The position numbers and the translations under genes were made by a program. A stretch of 52,698 bases of DNA. Origin: Trichinella spiralis (Eukaryota). Location: contig NW_003526945.1 of the NCBI RefSeq assembly GCF_000181795.1, forward strand, positions 124,001-176,698. The letters are read 5' to 3'. Under the pieces are notes generated by a model. That model was not told where the DNA came from. It worked only from the letters and a program-made list of their open reading frames with translations, and did not search any database. This document shows positions 48,361-52,698 of the stretch, piece after piece (position 1 is the stretch's first letter; every line of letters begins with the position of its first letter).

Positions 48361-51300
48361 AATTATTGAACTCATGCATGGTATGTTCGATCCTTAGAGA
48401 ATTTACCCAATATGACAGTGGAATAATCTGCGCATATCAGAAACTACGGCGTATTGCAAAATAGTTTTGGGTTTAGAGCAAGCAGTTTTGTGCCAGTTGA
48501 AGGTATGTAAATTGGGAATAACCCGCAATCGATGATTTTTTGAGAAATTTCATAAAGTTGCCAGTTTGAGGATTTGGAATTTTCAGAAAAAAAAGACTGG
48601 CATATTGCACGAAAACAACATTCTAATCTGCCAATTTTGGATAGTACTTATATCTAATTTGGAATCAATTAAAAATTTCTGTCAACAGCGGTTTATAAAT
48701 TTGAAAGTTTTTGTAACATTAATGAAAATCAAGAACAATTCTTGTAAAAAAACATTTATTTTTTTGGGTAAAAAAATTGATGGTTCCGTTCAAAAAATCA
48801 TTGAAACCATACCGTATTCGCATTTTGTTAACATTCCTTTTTCATTCCTTATTATTTCAACACATTTAAAACCATATACATGCCATAGTTTTTTCCGTAT
48901 ATCTCAACAAATACGCCATCACTAGGGGTCCATGTGCATTTATAGTAAATAGCAAATAATTTTCAAAAGGTATAAATCAATTGTCTTAATTTTAGATTAA
49001 AAAAGATTTCTCGAAAATTGCAAAATTTCACGGATTACAGACTTGTTTGTTTTTGCAGAAAAAAGCGGAAAGGGTTTTCATAATATTTGGAGTTTTTTTA
49101 TTTTAATCATTTTTTGATGATGAAAGATATTGTTTTGGAGACTTTAACATTGAACATTCCAGTAGCTGTGCAATAAATGGTTTCAAAAGTTGAAGTACTT
49201 CCTATTTTAATACATACGATAGTCGCCCATTAGTAAGTGTTTTTCAACGGAACCCTAGACTTCCAGTTTCTGCACATGATGCATTTTTGGCATCGAATTT
49301 TTTCGATTTTTACTAATATATATTATTTTACTATATATTTAATTGAATTTCAGTACTTACTGCTGTTAAATTATCATTAATTTGCTGCCATTCAAAACGA
49401 AAGTGTTTTAAGTGTTTACCTTGACAAAAAGTAAACATTTCCTTGCACCCAATCCCGTTTACCATCTTTGTCATTGATTAAACTCCTAATATATCCAACA
49501 TGAGTGGCTATTTGAATTTACTTTTGCTTACTAACAACGACGCAATAACGATTTGCATAATCAGTATAATATGTGGTCGCCCAGAGTTGAAATTCATTAC
49601 AATTGATATGAAATTAAATAAATTCAAAATTCATGTCAAATTATTGAACTCATGCATGGTATTTGTTCGAATCTTTAGAGAAATCTACCAATATGGACAG
49701 TGGAAATTAATCTGCGCATATCAGAAACTACGGCGTATTGCAAAATAGTTTTGGGTTAAGAGCAAGCAGTTTTGTGCCAGTTGAAGGTATGTAAATTGGG
49801 AATCACCCGCAATCGATGATTTTTTGAGAAATTTCATAAAATTTCCGGTTTGAGGATTTGGAATTTTTAGAAAAAAAAGACTGGCATATTGCACGAAAAT
49901 AACATTCTAATCTGCCAATTTTGGATAGTGCTTATACCTAATTTGGAATCAATTAAAAATTTCTGTCAACAGCGGTTTATAAATTTGAAAGTTTTTGTAA
50001 CATTAATGAAAATCAAGAACAATTCTTGTAAAAAAACATTTATTTTTTTTGGGTAAAAAAATTGATGGTTGCGTTCAAAAAATCATTGAAACCATACCGT
50101 ATTCGCATTTTGTTTACATTCCTTTTTCATTTCATATTATTTCAACTCATTTAAAACCATATTCATGCGATCGATTTTTCCGTATATCTTAACAAATGCG
50201 CCATCACAAGGGGTCCATGTGCATTTAAAGTAAATAGCAAATAATTTTCAAAAGGTAAAAATCATTTGCTTTAATTTTTAGATTAAAAAAGGTTTCGCGA
50301 AAATTTCAATTTTTCACGGATTACAGACTTGTTTGTTTATGCAGAAAAAAGCGAAAAGCGTTTTCATAATATTTGGATTTTTTTATTTTTATCATTTCTT
50401 GATGATGAAAGTTATTGTTTTGGAGACTTTAACTTTGAACATTCCAGTAGCTGTGGAATAAATGGTTTCAAAAGTTGAAGTAATTTCTATTTTAATACAT
50501 GGGATAGTCGCCCATTAGTAAGTGTTTTTCAACGGAACCTGAGAGTTTCAGTTTCTGCACATGATACATTTCTGGCATGAAATTTTGTTCGGCTTTTACT
50601 AATATATATTTTTTAATATCAATTTAGTTGAATTTCTGAACTTACTGCTGTTAAATTATCATTAATTGCTGGAATCAAAACGAAAGCGTTGTAAGTGTTT
50701 GCTTTGCTAAAAAGTAAACATTTCGTTGCTTGCAATCCCATTTACCATCTTTGTAATTGACTCAACTCATTATATTACCCACATGTGTGGCTATTTGAAT
50801 TTCCTTTCACGTGCCATTTCAAGCACCTTCAGATCTTTATAAGAATGGCATTGACGTAAAAATCAGGAAATCAAAGGAAGCTGCTGTGAGCGACATTTCC
50901 TCCAGCAATATTATAAAAAATCGACTGTCTGACCCTGTGTGTGAGATGACAGTAGGGGTGGTGGGTGGATGACGGATTTAACTGCTTAAATGGAGGTTCA
51001 AGCAGGGGAAGATGGAGAAGAGGTTTTTAGTGTTAGTGTAAGATTTACATGGGAATGAAACAAGCGAGCAAGAGAAATGGACCGCGTCATAATGACAGCC
51101 ATTAACACGTTGATACAGAAATTTTCGCTTGGGAAAGTAGGCAAATTTTTTGGAAAAATAGATACAAGATATTGAAGCCGTTGAAAGGGAGTGCATTTGT
51201 GGCGGCTCCTGAAAATTGTATCTGCTAATCAAGTTGAGCTTTTTGTTGGGTTGACGCGGGAATATGAATCTTGATAGAAAAGCATTAGACTTTTGGCTTT

Positions 51301-51385
51301 GCTAAAACAAGCACGAAAGGAAACAATAACAATCGGCATTCAACTGTATTTGGAATGCATGCATCAATCATCAAGCAGTGTCTGC

Positions 51386-51424
51386 AGTATGAAAATCTGC
51401 AGCCTGAAGTATGAAAATCTGCAG
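51386..51424 (+). repeat. 17-bp direct repeat AGTATGAAAATCTGCAG x2
   Basis: Copies at 51386-51402 and 51408-51424. Confidence 0.85.
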
Positions 51425-52698
51425 GTATTAATGTAGCTGATGATAACGGACTAGGCTACACAACATCTTCAATGTTTCACAACTCTTATTTCACATTAAT
51501 GACGTAATTGCAGCCGACAGCTTTATCTTACATGAGTACAGAACACAAAGTATTAAAAAGAAATATGGGAGATAATATGAGGACATGAAAATGCATCTCT
51601 TAATATGAAAATCGAAAATAAAATCACGGAATGAGAATTAATAATTGAAAATACAGTAATATACATTATTGAAATGGCCAAATTAATGATAATAAGGTTA
51701 CTGAGTAATACATGAATGAGAGAAATTCATAGATAGTTTCAATAGTTCTTATTTTATCACAGCGCAGTTCGATAAACGGTGGCGGTGAGCAACTAAGTTG
51801 CAAGTGCGCGACGCTTCATTCAGGTGAATACTGAAATACCTCAATACTGAATCTTTTTTTTATCATGTTTTGCTATGCATGCATGTATATTTAAGTATTT
51901 CAGGTACTATCAATTTGATCGCGTGTAAAACTTGAAATACTTTTAAATCAGACTTCTCAATTACATTCAGATCAACGTTGAAAGATTTGAACAAATCCAT
52001 ATGTCAATTTGTTTTTTAGTGCAATCATCTAGATTTAAATAAAGAAGACGATAGAATTTTGAATTTACACGACTTTATCTGAACACACAACAGGTCGAAT
52101 ATCACAAAGCGTATAGTGTTATATTTTATGCAGGACAGAAAAATAATGTTTTCATACATAAATCGTTTTCAATTTAATTTTATTTTCACTTTATGTAGTT
52201 TTCTAGATTTTACACCATGAAGACACTAGATAAATCAAAATTTTTATATTGTTAATTATGCTTGGCATAGAGCGCAACCAGTGTGCTCAATCATTGTTTA
52301 TTTTTTGTTGACATTATGTTGTAATTCATATTTGAATAGCATATCCAACTTACATAAGCCGGCGTTTACGGCTACGTGCGCAGTGTTTGTCTTTTACGCC
52401 AATTGGGCCATTTGAAAATTAACTTTGTATTAGCAGTGCACCGGTTAAATTGGCTTTGTTGACTAACAGAAGCCTAGAATGATGTTTGCTCCATCTATTT
52501 TTGTTTCAACTACTGAGTAAGGTGTGTTATTAGATATAGAAGAATCTTATCTTATCAAACATGGGCGTTGTCTAGTTTGAATGCAAATTTGAGTGCAATT
52601 TCAATTTGTTTGCTTTTGAGCTTATGCGCGGCCTGCATATTATTTGTTCAACAAAATGAGAAATACGTTTCATACTTGTTAATCAATAGAAATGAACT

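Larger units (their letters stand above)
44000..50806 (+). repeat. Tandem array of a ~1.28-kb repeat unit (at least 5 full or partial copies), interrupted by assembly gaps
   Basis: Anchor ATGAGTGGCTATTTGAA-like at 44555, 46576, 47851, 49500 and 50783; anchor CCAGTTGAAG|GTATGT at 44841, 46863, 48138, 48503 and 49787. Periods within contigs are 1275 and 1283-1284 nt. An 82-aa ORF recurs three times, twice identical and once with two substitutions. Confidence 0.95.

Noticed and set aside
46576..49748. Repeated 82-aa ORF MSGYLNLLLL...
   Set aside because: No recognisable domain, frameshifted in the 44555 copy and truncated at 50783. Recurrence is explained by DNA duplication.
44000..50806. 5S rRNA, tRNA or CRISPR array within the tandem repeat
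   Set aside because: No 5S or tRNA A/B-box sequence was recognised and there is no short repeat-spacer structure; the context is eukaryotic.

Overview
AT-rich eukaryotic genomic DNA with short spliceosomal introns, TTTTCAG-type acceptors and many microsatellites. It is most consistent with a clade I nematode such as Trichinella, which is inference only. Five intron-containing genes can be assembled by hand: a complete 19-exon Groucho/TLE (unc-37-like) corepressor (+, 5774-17957, ~755 aa); a TNFAIP8/TIPE-family gene (+, 20494-21499); a NIM1K-like AMPK-related kinase (-, 24449-22254); a 2-exon 7TM chemoreceptor-type GPCR (+, 29161-30898); and an RPGR-like RCC1-repeat gene (-, from 40518 to at least 36636, 3' end unresolved) with a GC-AG intron and an RFX/DAF-19 X-box-like site upstream. 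From about 42.6 kb there is a degenerate ~170-bp dispersed module and a ~1.28-kb tandem repeat array (~44.0-50.8 kb) broken by two assembly gaps. Each unit carries a splice donor inside a hairpin followed by an Sm-like site, reminiscent of spliced-leader RNA genes, but this is unproven. No tRNA, rRNA, CRISPR array or intact transposase was recognised.
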